A DNA stretch of 64,000 nucleotides from an uncultured Gammaproteobacteria bacterium (GTDB taxonomy: Bacteria; Patescibacteriota; Microgenomatia; UBA8517), in assembly GCA_964583105.1 (NCBI GenBank), contig CAZOUV010000004.1, forward strand, positions 2,996 through 66,995, in the 5' to 3' direction. The notes under the pieces are model-generated. The model was not told where the DNA came from. It was given only the letters and a program-made list of their open reading frames with translations, and searched no databases. Positions within the stretch are counted from its first letter, which is position 1. The number at the start of each line of letters is the position of its first letter. Of the stretch, positions 26,578-34,534 are shown in pieces. Position numbers and translations under genes: made by a program.

Positions 26578-27123
26578 CTACACTTCTAACACTTTTCTCA
26601 AATCATCCTGAGTGAAGTGATAATAGAGAGACGTCGACGAAAGGGACGTATGGCCTACAAACTTCTGAACTTGTGGCAAGGGTACCCCCTTGTCCAGTTT
26701 AGTTGTAATCCAATGGTGCCTAAAGGTATGAGGCCGAATGTTTTTATTAATTCCCGATGCTTTTACTCTTCTTTTTAAGGCTAAATAGGCTGATAACCTA
26801 CTCATGGCGTTATCATCTCTACCTCTGAAGATATAGCCCTCTCTACGGCCTCCTATGAGCTTACGGAGGCTTCCGGTCATGTTATCGGTAATAGGAATAA
26901 TCCGATCTTGGTGGTTCTTGGTATTTCTTAGAGTAAGAAATCTTTGTGCTGGATCAAAATCTTGAATCTTTAAGCTGGTTATTTCGCTAATTCTTGCTCC
27001 TGAATCCCAAAGCAGTTGGATAATTGTATTCATAATAAACTTCTGAGATGGGTAGCAATTAATGGGAGCATTCAGAATTTTTTGGAGGTCTACTTCTGTC
27101 AAAAAAGGTTGAGACTTTAGCAT
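26578..27123 (-). CDS. minimal tyrosine recombinase (catalytic domain only, 181 aa; no N-terminal core-binding domain)
   Basis: Complete catalytic set in order: R (DSGARISEI), K (RNTKNHQDRIIPI), H-x-x-R-H (HTFRHHWIT), Y (GHTSLSSTSLYYH). The upstream coding space is occupied by the terminator and 3' end of the next gene, so it is either truncated or naturally minimal. Confidence 0.7.
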   Translation of the reverse strand: MLKSQPFLTEVDLQKILNAPINCYPSQKFIMNTIIQLLWDSGARISEITSLKIQDFDPAQRFLTLRNTKNHQDRIIPITDNMTGSLRKLIGGRREGYIFRGRDDNAMSRLSAYLALKRRVKASGINKNIRPHTFRHHWITTKLDKGVPLPQVQKFVGHTSLSSTSLYYHFTQDDLRKVLEV

Positions 27124-27230
27124 TTTTAGTAACCTATAACTGTTAAAAAATTAGTTTTGAAGCTAATCTATATTAACATTATATCTATAAAGTATATATT
27201 AGGCTACCAGTACTTTAATGTCAATAAGTT

Positions 27231-27272
27231 ATAAAAAAAACAAAAAAGCAGGGGTTGCTTTCACTCCCCTGC
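27231..27272 (-). terminator. rho-independent terminator for the 27325..28557 gene
   Basis: On the minus strand: GCAGGGGAGUGAAAGCAACCCCUGC hairpin followed by UUUUUUGUUUUUUUU. Confidence 0.6.
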
Positions 27273-27324
27273 TAATTTATTTTCGTAACAATCTATCCTT
27301 TTTATTAAGACAAATGTTTTCTAG

Positions 27325-28557
27325 TTAAAGATTGGCAATAATATCAACATAAAGATTTCCAGCATCATTGCTGTAAGAACCAGTAATGTCATATATACCA
27401 AAATTTACCTTATCTCCTACCCCTACAGACGGTAATTCGTAAGTATGCAATGGGTTATATGTTCCCCAATCTACATAGTCTCCATTAACCCTTAAATCTA
27501 AAAGATCTGTACCATAGGAAGTATAAGGTGCTGCTACTCCATCAACCCAAGTTAAGAAACTCGGATAATCTGAAGTACTGTACTCAGCATCAAAGGTAAT
27601 GTGGCACCCTGATTGCCAACAAGCTGTGGCTGTACCCCTAGCATTAAATAGGTAATTTACACCATTTAATAATGGGTATAAAGAATCTTTGGGTGTTGAT
27701 TGGTTAGCTGGAACCGTAACGGTTTCTATATACCATCTGCCACTTACATTTCCATCACTCAGATTAGTATGGAATTCTTCAAGAACACTAGAACTCAAAC
27801 CAAATTTACGATGACCATTCATTGCATCACCTAAATCTATTTGAAGGATATCCAAAATCTGATGCCCGTTACAACCATAGGTATATGATAAATCATATGC
27901 ATATGTAGCTTCAGTTTCACCTTTTCCGATTGGTTTATTCTGATACCATCCCAAAACTTCTTCAACTTCCATAACTTGCCATCTATTTGTTCCCCAATCT
28001 CTTTCCCAATTGCCAGTATCTACTTCAGTATCTGGACAAAGATCCATTCCATTACCAACCCCATCACCATCCGTATCTCCAAACCATCCATAGGCTACAA
28101 AAGAATAAAACCTATCTGTTGTTCCTGCTTCTGAAAGAGTAGAGCCTTTGGCTGGTTCACCATTATTGTTTGGGGTATAGTACGCAGGGTCTGCGGTTCC
28201 ATCGTAATTAAAAGGGATAGTTCCCGAATTCTGGAACCAAAAACCTACATTCCATCCTGTTTCAACAGGGACAGCTGTTGCAAGATTGTAAATGTTAACA
28301 CCTGTTGATGTGGGAGTAATCAATTCACTTTTCCACATAACCATTTTACCTGCATCTAAAACAAGAAACTTAAATGGATTTGTATTAGAAGCCCAGTATT
28401 CAAACTGAACTAATACTCCATCAGATGCTGCAGGATTATTTGTATCAACAATGGAAAAGTTTTGGTAAGAATCAACAACGGAACGAGATATCGCATCGTT
28501 TCCAATAGTTATGTCGTATGCAAAAGCTGTTGAAACAAATACCAAAGTTAAAACCAA
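27325..28557 (-). CDS. secreted protein with Asp-rich calcium-binding-like (DxDxDG / thrombospondin-type-3-like) motif
   Basis: Hydrophobic N-terminus VLTLVFVSTAFA (signal peptide); DTDGDGVGNGMDLCPDTEVDTG; Gly/Tyr/Asn-rich. The annotated start is TTG. The in-frame upstream KIKKLLSVLGG plus a strong SD (GGAGGTGA at ~28585) suggest the true start lies a few codons upstream, possibly at a rare start codon. Confidence 0.5.
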   Translation of the reverse strand: MVLTLVFVSTAFAYDITIGNDAISRSVVDSYQNFSIVDTNNPAASDGVLVQFEYWASNTNPFKFLVLDAGKMVMWKSELITPTSTGVNIYNLATAVPVETGWNVGFWFQNSGTIPFNYDGTADPAYYTPNNNGEPAKGSTLSEAGTTDRFYSFVAYGWFGDTDGDGVGNGMDLCPDTEVDTGNWERDWGTNRWQVMEVEEVLGWYQNKPIGKGETEATYAYDLSYTYGCNGHQILDILQIDLGDAMNGHRKFGLSSSVLEEFHTNLSDGNVSGRWYIETVTVPANQSTPKDSLYPLLNGVNYLFNARGTATACWQSGCHITFDAEYSTSDYPSFLTWVDGVAAPYTSYGTDLLDLRVNGDYVDWGTYNPLHTYELPSVGVGDKVNFGIYDITGSYSNDAGNLYVDIIANL

Positions 28558-28930
28558 TCCCCCTAAAACTGATAATAATTTTTTAATTTTAATTCACCTC
28601 CCCCTAACACCTTTCTTTAAGCACTTTATGGTGTAAGTGCGAAAGCAAAAAAATAGACCACCAATGACGGCGGTCAATCAACTAACCAACTCAATAAACA
28701 ATCAGTGAAATTCACTACCCCATATTGTTCTAATTAAATCAATTTGTCAAGAAAATTTCTAACCGATTAATTGGGATATATTAATCTCACTGATTCTACA
28801 AAACATCATATTTTTAATAATAAATTCTGAATAAGATAGATACAAAAAGGGAGCCATTTCTGACTCCCTCCTTGCTTTTTATTGCTCTCGCAAAACCCTT
28901 TTTGGGGATTTTGTGAAGCAATACATTATA

Positions 28931-28979
28931 ACAATAGTTTACTAACCCTGTAAAATAGCTTCAGGTGATATAATAAGCC
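28931..28979 (+). repeat. duplicated leader/promoter-like element (copy 1) containing motif TAGTTTACTAACCCTG and an extended -10 TGaTATAAT
   Basis: acaaTAGTTTACTAACCCTGTAAAATAGCTTCAGgTGaTATAATaagccg immediately precedes the GTG start of 28980..29468. It is ~90% identical to 29471..29529. Confidence 0.5.
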
Positions 28980-29468
28980 GTGTCGGAAAAAACAGATAAT
29001 CTACTTACAGAGGGACTGATTGAAGGTTATGCAGGTGTTAAAAAACCAGTGAGAATTCAAAGGTCAGAATTTCTTGGAAAGGCAAATGACTTTGTGGGTT
29101 CGGATGGGGGTCACTATCATGACGAATGGTTTGCTGATGATAACGGTGGTGGACAGGAATTAGTAAAAGAAGGAGAGGAACAATTTACCAGATTATATGG
29201 TGGTGGTGTAATTCCTGTTGAGGAACTTCAAAAACTTGGTTTAAACACTAAAGACGTAATCTCTCGTTTAATAACAAGCGTGAGGCAACTTAAGGAAAAA
29301 ACTAGGTTACATGAACCATGTGCTTTAGAACTTCCAGGCGGTTGGAGTTATAAATATGAAATTATCAAAAAGAGTAAGGAAGTTCCACTGACTGTTGGTT
29401 ATGAGTCAATTGAACTTAACGGCAGAGAACTTTTTGCCCACGCCCATATACTTTCACCCGTAAAATAG
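28980..29468 (+). CDS. hypothetical protein (GTG start)
   Basis: 162 aa, acidic and Gly-rich (DGGHYHDEWFADDNGGGQ). Confidence 0.35.
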   Translation: MSEKTDNLLTEGLIEGYAGVKKPVRIQRSEFLGKANDFVGSDGGHYHDEWFADDNGGGQELVKEGEEQFTRLYGGGVIPVEELQKLGLNTKDVISRLITSVRQLKEKTRLHEPCALELPGGWSYKYEIIKKSKEVPLTVGYESIELNGRELFAHAHILSPVK

Positions 29469-29470
29469 AA

Positions 29471-29529
29471 GTTCCGTACATAGTTTACTAACCCTGTAAA
29501 ATAGCTTCAGATGCTATATAATCCGCTCC
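29471..29529 (+). repeat. duplicated leader/promoter-like element (copy 2)
   Basis: aGTTCCgtACATAGTTTACTAACCCTGTAAAATAGCTTCAGaTGcTATATAATccg precedes 29530..29817. Its 5' part is also related to the 29818 and 30738 elements. Confidence 0.5.
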
Positions 29530-29817
29530 ATGACTGAAAAAGCTGTCGTTGTAACCATTAAGCCCGAAGATATGCATTGTTCAAATTGTTTTTATGGTCA
29601 CCAAATTGTAGCTGGCATGGGCGGAGGCAATATCGAAGATGACGGAACAAAAACCAGTTGGGTGCTATTAAGAAGAATTCCTGTCGGCCAAACAAGAAAT
29701 TGTTTTGGATTGGTTGAAAAAGTTTTATCTCAACTAGATTTCATCAAACTCAATCATTTTATTTATCCGAACGAGGATGACACATGCATCAACCCCAAAA
29801 AATTTATGGCGAAGTAG
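29530..29817 (+). CDS. hypothetical small protein with CxxC and Gly-rich loop
   Basis: 95 aa: HCSNCFYGHQIVAGMGGGN... Confidence 0.35.
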   Translation: MTEKAVVVTIKPEDMHCSNCFYGHQIVAGMGGGNIEDDGTKTSWVLLRRIPVGQTRNCFGLVEKVLSQLDFIKLNHFIYPNEDDTCINPKKFMAK

Positions 29818-29970
29818 TTCCTGACATATTTCACTAGCCCCTGCCTATACATAGTTAAATTGATAGTTATAGTCAGTCATTAGAAGACTCTTTAACATCT
29901 GATAATCAGTGGAATTAAGATCAAAATTAGTTCGAACATCGTTCACTAGCTCACCCTGGGTTTTTAGCCT
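29818..29970 (+). repeat. array repeat copy 1, long form (secondary element 29818-29889 + 81-bp core 29890-29970)
   Basis: Core cTTTAAcATCTGATAATCAGTgGAATTAaGATCAAAATtAGTTCGAACATCGTTCACTAGCTCACCCTGgGTTTTTaGCCT. It is preceded by TTCCTGACATATTTCACTAGCCCCTGCCTATACATAGTTA, which recurs at 30738. Confidence 0.85.
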
Positions 29971-29984
29971 TAAGAAAGTTCTCT

Positions 29985-30296
29985 ATGTGGTTGCAACTAA
30001 GTTTTGGATTGATATTCTCTTCCTCTTTTATTATAATCGCTTCCATGACTGAATCACCCAATTTCCCTTGGTGCAAGGGATGTCCCCTACCTGAGATTTT
30101 GGGAAAAATTACTCAAGCCAGAAATGGAGTACTTGCTGCCAATGCTAATATTCGTCTTTCAGAATCACCCACACAAGCTCATCCTTACCGGATAGAAGCA
30201 CTGTGGAGAATGAAAAAATTCCGAAATGAAAGGGCTAGGCTTGATGAATTCAAAATAAGTTTGGGTGATAATTGTCCTTCTTGCACTCTTCTATAA
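29985..30296 (+). CDS. hypothetical small membrane-anchored Cys-containing protein (cassette)
   Basis: 103 aa. N-terminal hydrophobic helix; CKGCPLP...CPSC. Starts 15 bp after repeat copy 1. Confidence 0.35.
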   Translation: MWLQLSFGLIFSSSFIIIASMTESPNFPWCKGCPLPEILGKITQARNGVLAANANIRLSESPTQAHPYRIEALWRMKKFRNERARLDEFKISLGDNCPSCTLL

Positions 30297-30401
30297 GTAT
30301 ATACAAACCACTCGGACAGTTTATTAAAATAATTAAGCGTAAAAAGTTCGAATACTTTCCATCTAAAGCTGCAAAATAGATTCAAAAAAAACAAGACTGA
30401 A

Positions 30402-30725
30402 TTATTTACTGTTTTCCTCTATTTCTTTCCTAATATCTAAAATATCCTTCGTACTTTTTATAACAGCTTGCGTTAGGTTTTTGGGTAAATGGTGTTGATG
30501 TTTCTTTGGGTCTTTTCTCCCGCCAAGCATATCCCCCAATTCACCCAAAAACTGCGAATGCATAGCAATACACCCGGCCATATCATTTTGCTGGTTCTTT
30601 GTCCCTTTTTTGAGAGAAGCCTCTAAATTCTTCCTTTTAAATTTGTCGGCGAAAGGGTATTTTTTATCTTCCATTATTTGTACCATTATACTCCAAAGAT
30701 ATTGAAATTCTCCACCTATCCCCAC
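30402..30725 (-). CDS. hypothetical protein (cassette)
   Basis: 107 aa, basic/His-rich (KKHQHHLPK). Convergent with 29985..30296. Confidence 0.35.
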   Translation of the reverse strand: MGIGGEFQYLWSIMVQIMEDKKYPFADKFKRKNLEASLKKGTKNQQNDMAGCIAMHSQFLGELGDMLGGRKDPKKHQHHLPKNLTQAVIKSTKDILDIRKEIEENSK

Positions 30726-30737
30726 ACAGCAAAGAAG

Positions 30738-30894
30738 TTCCTGACATAGTTTACTCGTCCCTGCCTATACATAGTTATATTTATGGTTCTATTCAGTTGA
30801 TAAAAGTAAGGACTTTAATATCTGATAATCTGTCGAATTAGGTACAAAATGAGTTCGAACATCGTTCACTAGCTCACCCTGAGATTTTGAGGCT
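30738..30894 (+). repeat. array repeat copy 2, long form (secondary element 30738-30812 + core 30813-30894)
   Basis: TTCCTGACATAGTTTACTCGTCCCTGCCTATACATAGTTA...cTTTAATATCTGATAATCtGTCGAATTAGGtaCAAAATGAGTTCGAACATCGTTCACTAGCTCACCCTGAGaTTTTGAGGCT. Confidence 0.85.
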
Positions 30895-30927
30895 ATGAGC
30901 TCGCCTACAATGACTTTATCGGAACTT

Positions 30928-31794
30928 CTAAGCTAATAGTGATAAAGAAATTATCCCAACCAAAGTTACAACCATGCCTAGTATTTGTTGTTTGGTTAAC
31001 CGGTCTTTGAAAACAAAGTAAGCCAATAAGGCAAACAGGGCCGGATAAGAGCTGGCAATCGGAGCAATAATTGAACTCTGGCCTTTTGTGACCGCCAAAT
31101 TGAAAGAGAAAAGAGCCATGATGGAGACTAATGAGTTGAGAATTACAAAGATAATGTGTTTTTTGTCTTTGGGAACAGAGATTTTAATTGACTTTTTTCG
31201 TAAGTATAAAAGAACAATCGGAAAACCCCACCAGGAAATATATGCTGGCCAAAACCAACCGACTTGCTTAATTGGAATTTTAACAAAAGTAAAATAAATC
31301 CCCCAAGCTACCAGCGATATTAATGCAAAAGGCAAACCTTTATCGCTCAATAGTTGATGAACATTAATATTTTTTAGGTTGATTGAAGACAGAATTAGCC
31401 CAACCAAAACAATCACAATACAAAATACCTGAGACATATTTAGGCTTTCTCCCAAAAACAAAACGGAAAGAATAGAAACCAAAGCGCCAAATGAACCAGC
31501 GACAGTACCAACTAAAGAGGCATTTCCCCGACTGATACCTTCATATAAAGTTACTAAAGGAATAATACCAATAGGTAGTAAAGCAATCAGCCAAAGACTT
31601 GTTCCTAAAGTCATATTTCTCAGTTCTGGCCATGCAAAAGGGATATAAAGCGAAGCAAAAACAATACAAAAAACATAGTTTAAAACTGCAGAAGAATAGC
31701 CATTAGTTTTGCGGGCAACTAGACCACCAAAAATATCGCCAACCCCCCAACCGATAAAGGCAATGAGAGCAAATATGATAGCTTGCATCTGCAT
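30928..31794 (-). CDS. DMT-superfamily (EamA-like) transporter (cassette)
   Basis: 288 aa, ~10 TM helices, two EamA-like halves. Stop codon 34 bp from repeat copy 2. Confidence 0.6.
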   Translation of the reverse strand: MQMQAIIFALIAFIGWGVGDIFGGLVARKTNGYSSAVLNYVFCIVFASLYIPFAWPELRNMTLGTSLWLIALLPIGIIPLVTLYEGISRGNASLVGTVAGSFGALVSILSVLFLGESLNMSQVFCIVIVLVGLILSSINLKNINVHQLLSDKGLPFALISLVAWGIYFTFVKIPIKQVGWFWPAYISWWGFPIVLLYLRKKSIKISVPKDKKHIIFVILNSLVSIMALFSFNLAVTKGQSSIIAPIASSYPALFALLAYFVFKDRLTKQQILGMVVTLVGIISLSLLA

Positions 31795-31949
31795 CTAGTA
31801 TATCAAAATTTTATATGGAGTAGTTTTTAGGACAGTATTAGAACCTGAGCTCGCTTTTAAGGATTCGAACTGTCAACTATGGATAATTGCGTGTTAGTAG
31901 GTGACATAGGGAATGGGGTAAGTATTGTTAATTGCCAAAAACCAAAAGG

Positions 31950-32034
31950 CTTTTTAATATCTGATAATCAGTCGAATTAGAATCAAAATTAGTTCGAACA
32001 TCGTTCACTAGCTCACCCTGAGTTTTTGAGGCCT
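31950..32034 (+). repeat. array repeat copy 3 (core)
   Basis: CTTTTTAATATCTGATAATCAGTCGAATTAGaATCAAAATtAGTTCGAACATCGTTCACTAGCTCACCCTGAGTTTTTGAGGCCT. Confidence 0.85.
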
Positions 32035-32068
32035 AATATTTATAGAGGAGATATTGTATAGAAACTAA

Positions 32069-32251
32069 CTAATTAGGTGTAAACTTTTCTTCATGAGACA
32101 CCCAACGATATATTTTTGTTTTCTGCCCTGTCTTAGGATCTGTTAATGTTTCCTCACCTGGAACTTTTGCTGGGGTAAACCAACCCTTCCCTTTTTCTAC
32201 CCAACCACCAAACATGCTATCGCTAGTTGTTTCTGCAACTATATCTTTCAT
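32069..32251 (-). CDS. hypothetical small protein (cassette)
   Basis: 60 aa. Stop 35 bp from repeat copy 3; start ~75 bp from copy 4. Confidence 0.3.
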   Translation of the reverse strand: MKDIVAETTSDSMFGGWVEKGKGWFTPAKVPGEETLTDPKTGQKTKIYRWVSHEEKFTPN

Positions 32252-32325
32252 AAATTATCTGGATACTATATCTAATATTTATTATTGTCAATATAATCTG
32301 TAACAGGTTTTGTTATTAGTAAAGT

Positions 32326-32406
32326 CTTTAATATCTGATAATTGGTAGAATTAGGCACAAAATGAGTTCGAACATCGTTCACTAGCTCACCCTGAGATTT
32401 TAGCCT
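32326..32406 (+). repeat. array repeat copy 4 (core), followed by a TAGTTTACTAGCCCTTG motif at 32424-32440
   Basis: CTTTAATATCTGATAATtgGTaGAATTAGGcaCAAAATGAGTTCGAACATCGTTCACTAGCTCACCCTGAGaTTTTaGCCT. Confidence 0.85.
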
Positions 32407-32464
32407 CCAAGAATTTCTTTATATAGTTTACTAGCCCTTGCTAATTTTTATTATTTCCGAACTG

Positions 32465-33064
32465 CTAATTTACGAAACTCATTCTTGAAGATATGGTTAG
32501 CATCCAGCCGGGCTCTTCACCTTGAATTTCCCAACGTTTTTGTAAATGATCCCAAGTCATAACTCGAACCCCCACCCCGTACGGGGTTTCGTTTTCACCG
32601 ATAATCAGGGGATCCATAAGCCACATAAACTTCTTGCCGTCAGCTACTTTATCTATTTTATAAATTACTGAATAGTGCCCATGTTTTTTACTATTACCGG
32701 GAGTTGGATTTTTTATTAACCACAAAAAATCATGACCATAGTCATAATTCGGTGCCTGATACTCAACCAAGCAAAAATTACCTTCAGATAAAGCGTTTTC
32801 CATATCTTTCATATTAGCCTGTTCGTATTCCTTAATCTTTATATTATGTTTATTAAATACCTCGCTAATTTTGGATGTATCAGCAGTTCCCTGCTTATTG
32901 GTACCTAGTTGAAGATACAATTCATCATAAGACGTTTCAACTCCGAGGGTAGACAAAATGGAGAATACTGATGCAGGGCAACAATCTTCTTGTCTAATTT
33001 GAGTTTTAGGTATTATTTTTCCTGGTCCAATTGATTCTTCCGGTTCTAGCCTTACCCTTTCCAT
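32465..33064 (-). CDS. stand-alone C39-like (papain-fold, bacteriocin-processing-type) cysteine peptidase domain protein (cassette)
   Basis: Cys motif QEDCCPASVFSILSTLG, His motif HGHYSVIYKID, and a downstream WLMDP (Asp). These match the C39 order and spacing (Q..C-G/P-A...HY-VV...DP). There is no ABC-transporter domain. Confidence 0.55.
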   Translation of the reverse strand: MERVRLEPEESIGPGKIIPKTQIRQEDCCPASVFSILSTLGVETSYDELYLQLGTNKQGTADTSKISEVFNKHNIKIKEYEQANMKDMENALSEGNFCLVEYQAPNYDYGHDFLWLIKNPTPGNSKKHGHYSVIYKIDKVADGKKFMWLMDPLIIGENETPYGVGVRVMTWDHLQKRWEIQGEEPGWMLTISSRMSFVN

Positions 33065-33179
33065 ATAGTTAGAATTATATCAGCTTAATATTAAAGCAAA
33101 ATAAGTTTATGGCACAGTTTATGAAACCTGTTTATATATAGCTAGGATGATGATTACAGTTAGTTATTAGAAGTAGGGT

Positions 33180-33260
33180 CTTCAATATCTGATAATCAGT
33201 TGAATTAGGATCAAAATGAGTTCGAACATCGTTCACTAGCCCACCCTGTGTTTTTGGCCT
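33180..33260 (+). repeat. array repeat copy 5 (core)
   Basis: CTTcAATATCTGATAATCAGTtGAATTAGGATCAAAATGAGTTCGAACATCGTTCACTAGCcCACCCTGtGTTTTTGGCCT. Confidence 0.85.
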
Positions 33261-33271
33261 CAAATTTTTTT

Positions 33272-34456
33272 CTAAAGTATAGATCCTGCCCATGCGTAGT
33301 TAGAAAACTTTGGAGATTGATGTCTGCCAACTAGTTTAAGATTCGGAATTTGAGTGTCTGTGGCTATACGAGTTAGGTGTGCCAAATCTCCCTCAAGTGG
33401 AGTTTCTTTGGCTTCAATAGCTAAATTTTCATTTAAAATGAAGTCTATTTCATGTCCAGTTTTAAGAGCGAAATATTGGATTTGACCAACTCTTGAAAGC
33501 TGGTTAAATAGAGTGTTTTCAAATTGAGCTCCACTAGAAAGTTCTGCTAAAGTATTGGCAAGACCCGTATCACAAAAGTAAAGTTTTCTGGACTTTACTA
33601 CTTCTCTGTCAACACTTTTTGTAAAGACAGGAATAGTGCTTATTAAGTAAGTTTTTTCAAAAAAAGAAATATAGTTGGTTACGGTCGGACGGGATATTCC
33701 AGTGAGTCTTGATAATTTGGAATATTCTACCCTGCTACCTACTCTCCCAGCCAGAAGTTTGGCAAGAGAATACAAGTTCCGCTCATCAGAAAAATCAGCG
33801 AGAGAACGGATATCTATATTTACATACGAAGACATAATATCTGATAAAAGATCACGTTTATCAGACTCCGATTCAGCAAGCACTACTTGAGGGAAGCCAC
33901 CAAAGCGGATATATTCTTCATAATAAGAAGACAGACGGTTAAATTCCGAAACATTGAACGTTCCCTTTTGCCAGTTTGTTTGTGAGAAAGAAATGTTTTT
34001 AAAAGTGAGAAATTCTCCAAAGTCTAATGGAAATAACTCAAAAAGTTTTTTTCGTCCGGATAAAGATTCAGAAAATAGATTCTTAAGGTAATATGAGCTT
34101 GATCCGGTGACAATAAATTTGATTTTATGATGGTCAGACAAATACTTAATTGCACTGGGGCTATCCGGAGCCAGTTGGATTTCATCAAGGGCGATTACCA
34201 TTGGCTTATCAGATTGTAATCCTCGGGCAATAAATGCCTCATTAATGGATTCATAGTTTTTTTCATCAAAAAGCTCACGGTTATCTGGTCTCTGCAAATC
34301 CAGGTAAAGTGAGTTTTTATTAGAAATATTCAAAAGTAACTGTTGAATAAGAGTAGTTTTACCCGTTCTTCTCATGCCTGTGAGTACTGTAACTAACGGA
34401 GTTTGGACGTGAGAAAGAAGTTCTGTATAAATTTTGCGGTTGTAGAACATATGCAA
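33272..34456 (-). CDS. AAA+ ATPase of the DUF4143/archaeal-ATPase type (cassette)
   Basis: Walker A LTGMRRTGKTTL, Walker B VIALDEIQ, and a conserved C-terminal DUF4143-like segment. 394 aa. Stop 12 bp from repeat copy 5. Confidence 0.6.
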   Translation of the reverse strand: MHMFYNRKIYTELLSHVQTPLVTVLTGMRRTGKTTLIQQLLLNISNKNSLYLDLQRPDNRELFDEKNYESINEAFIARGLQSDKPMVIALDEIQLAPDSPSAIKYLSDHHKIKFIVTGSSSYYLKNLFSESLSGRKKLFELFPLDFGEFLTFKNISFSQTNWQKGTFNVSEFNRLSSYYEEYIRFGGFPQVVLAESESDKRDLLSDIMSSYVNIDIRSLADFSDERNLYSLAKLLAGRVGSRVEYSKLSRLTGISRPTVTNYISFFEKTYLISTIPVFTKSVDREVVKSRKLYFCDTGLANTLAELSSGAQFENTLFNQLSRVGQIQYFALKTGHEIDFILNENLAIEAKETPLEGDLAHLTRIATDTQIPNLKLVGRHQSPKFSNYAWAGSIL

Positions 34457-34534
34457 TCGTCACTTTACAGAAAGTGACACTATTTGTCAAGTGTCACTTT
34501 TACGTACGTTGTCTAAGGGGTGTCAACATGAGAG

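Noticed and set aside
29925-29945. GAACatcGTTC in every array repeat as LexA (Cheo) boxes
   Set aside because: Half-site spacing is N3, not N4 as in the GAAC-N4-GTTC box seen at 11491. Not called as SOS boxes.
29925-29960. Repeat core GAGTTCGAACATCGTTCAC resembles a tRNA T-arm (GTTCGAA T-loop) and loosely the tRNA-His 3' region, suggesting tRNA-derived att fragments
   Set aside because: Flanking bases do not form a T-stem or acceptor stem, and no D or anticodon arm is present. Similarity to tRNA-His is limited to GAGTTC plus a few bases. Treated as coincidental.
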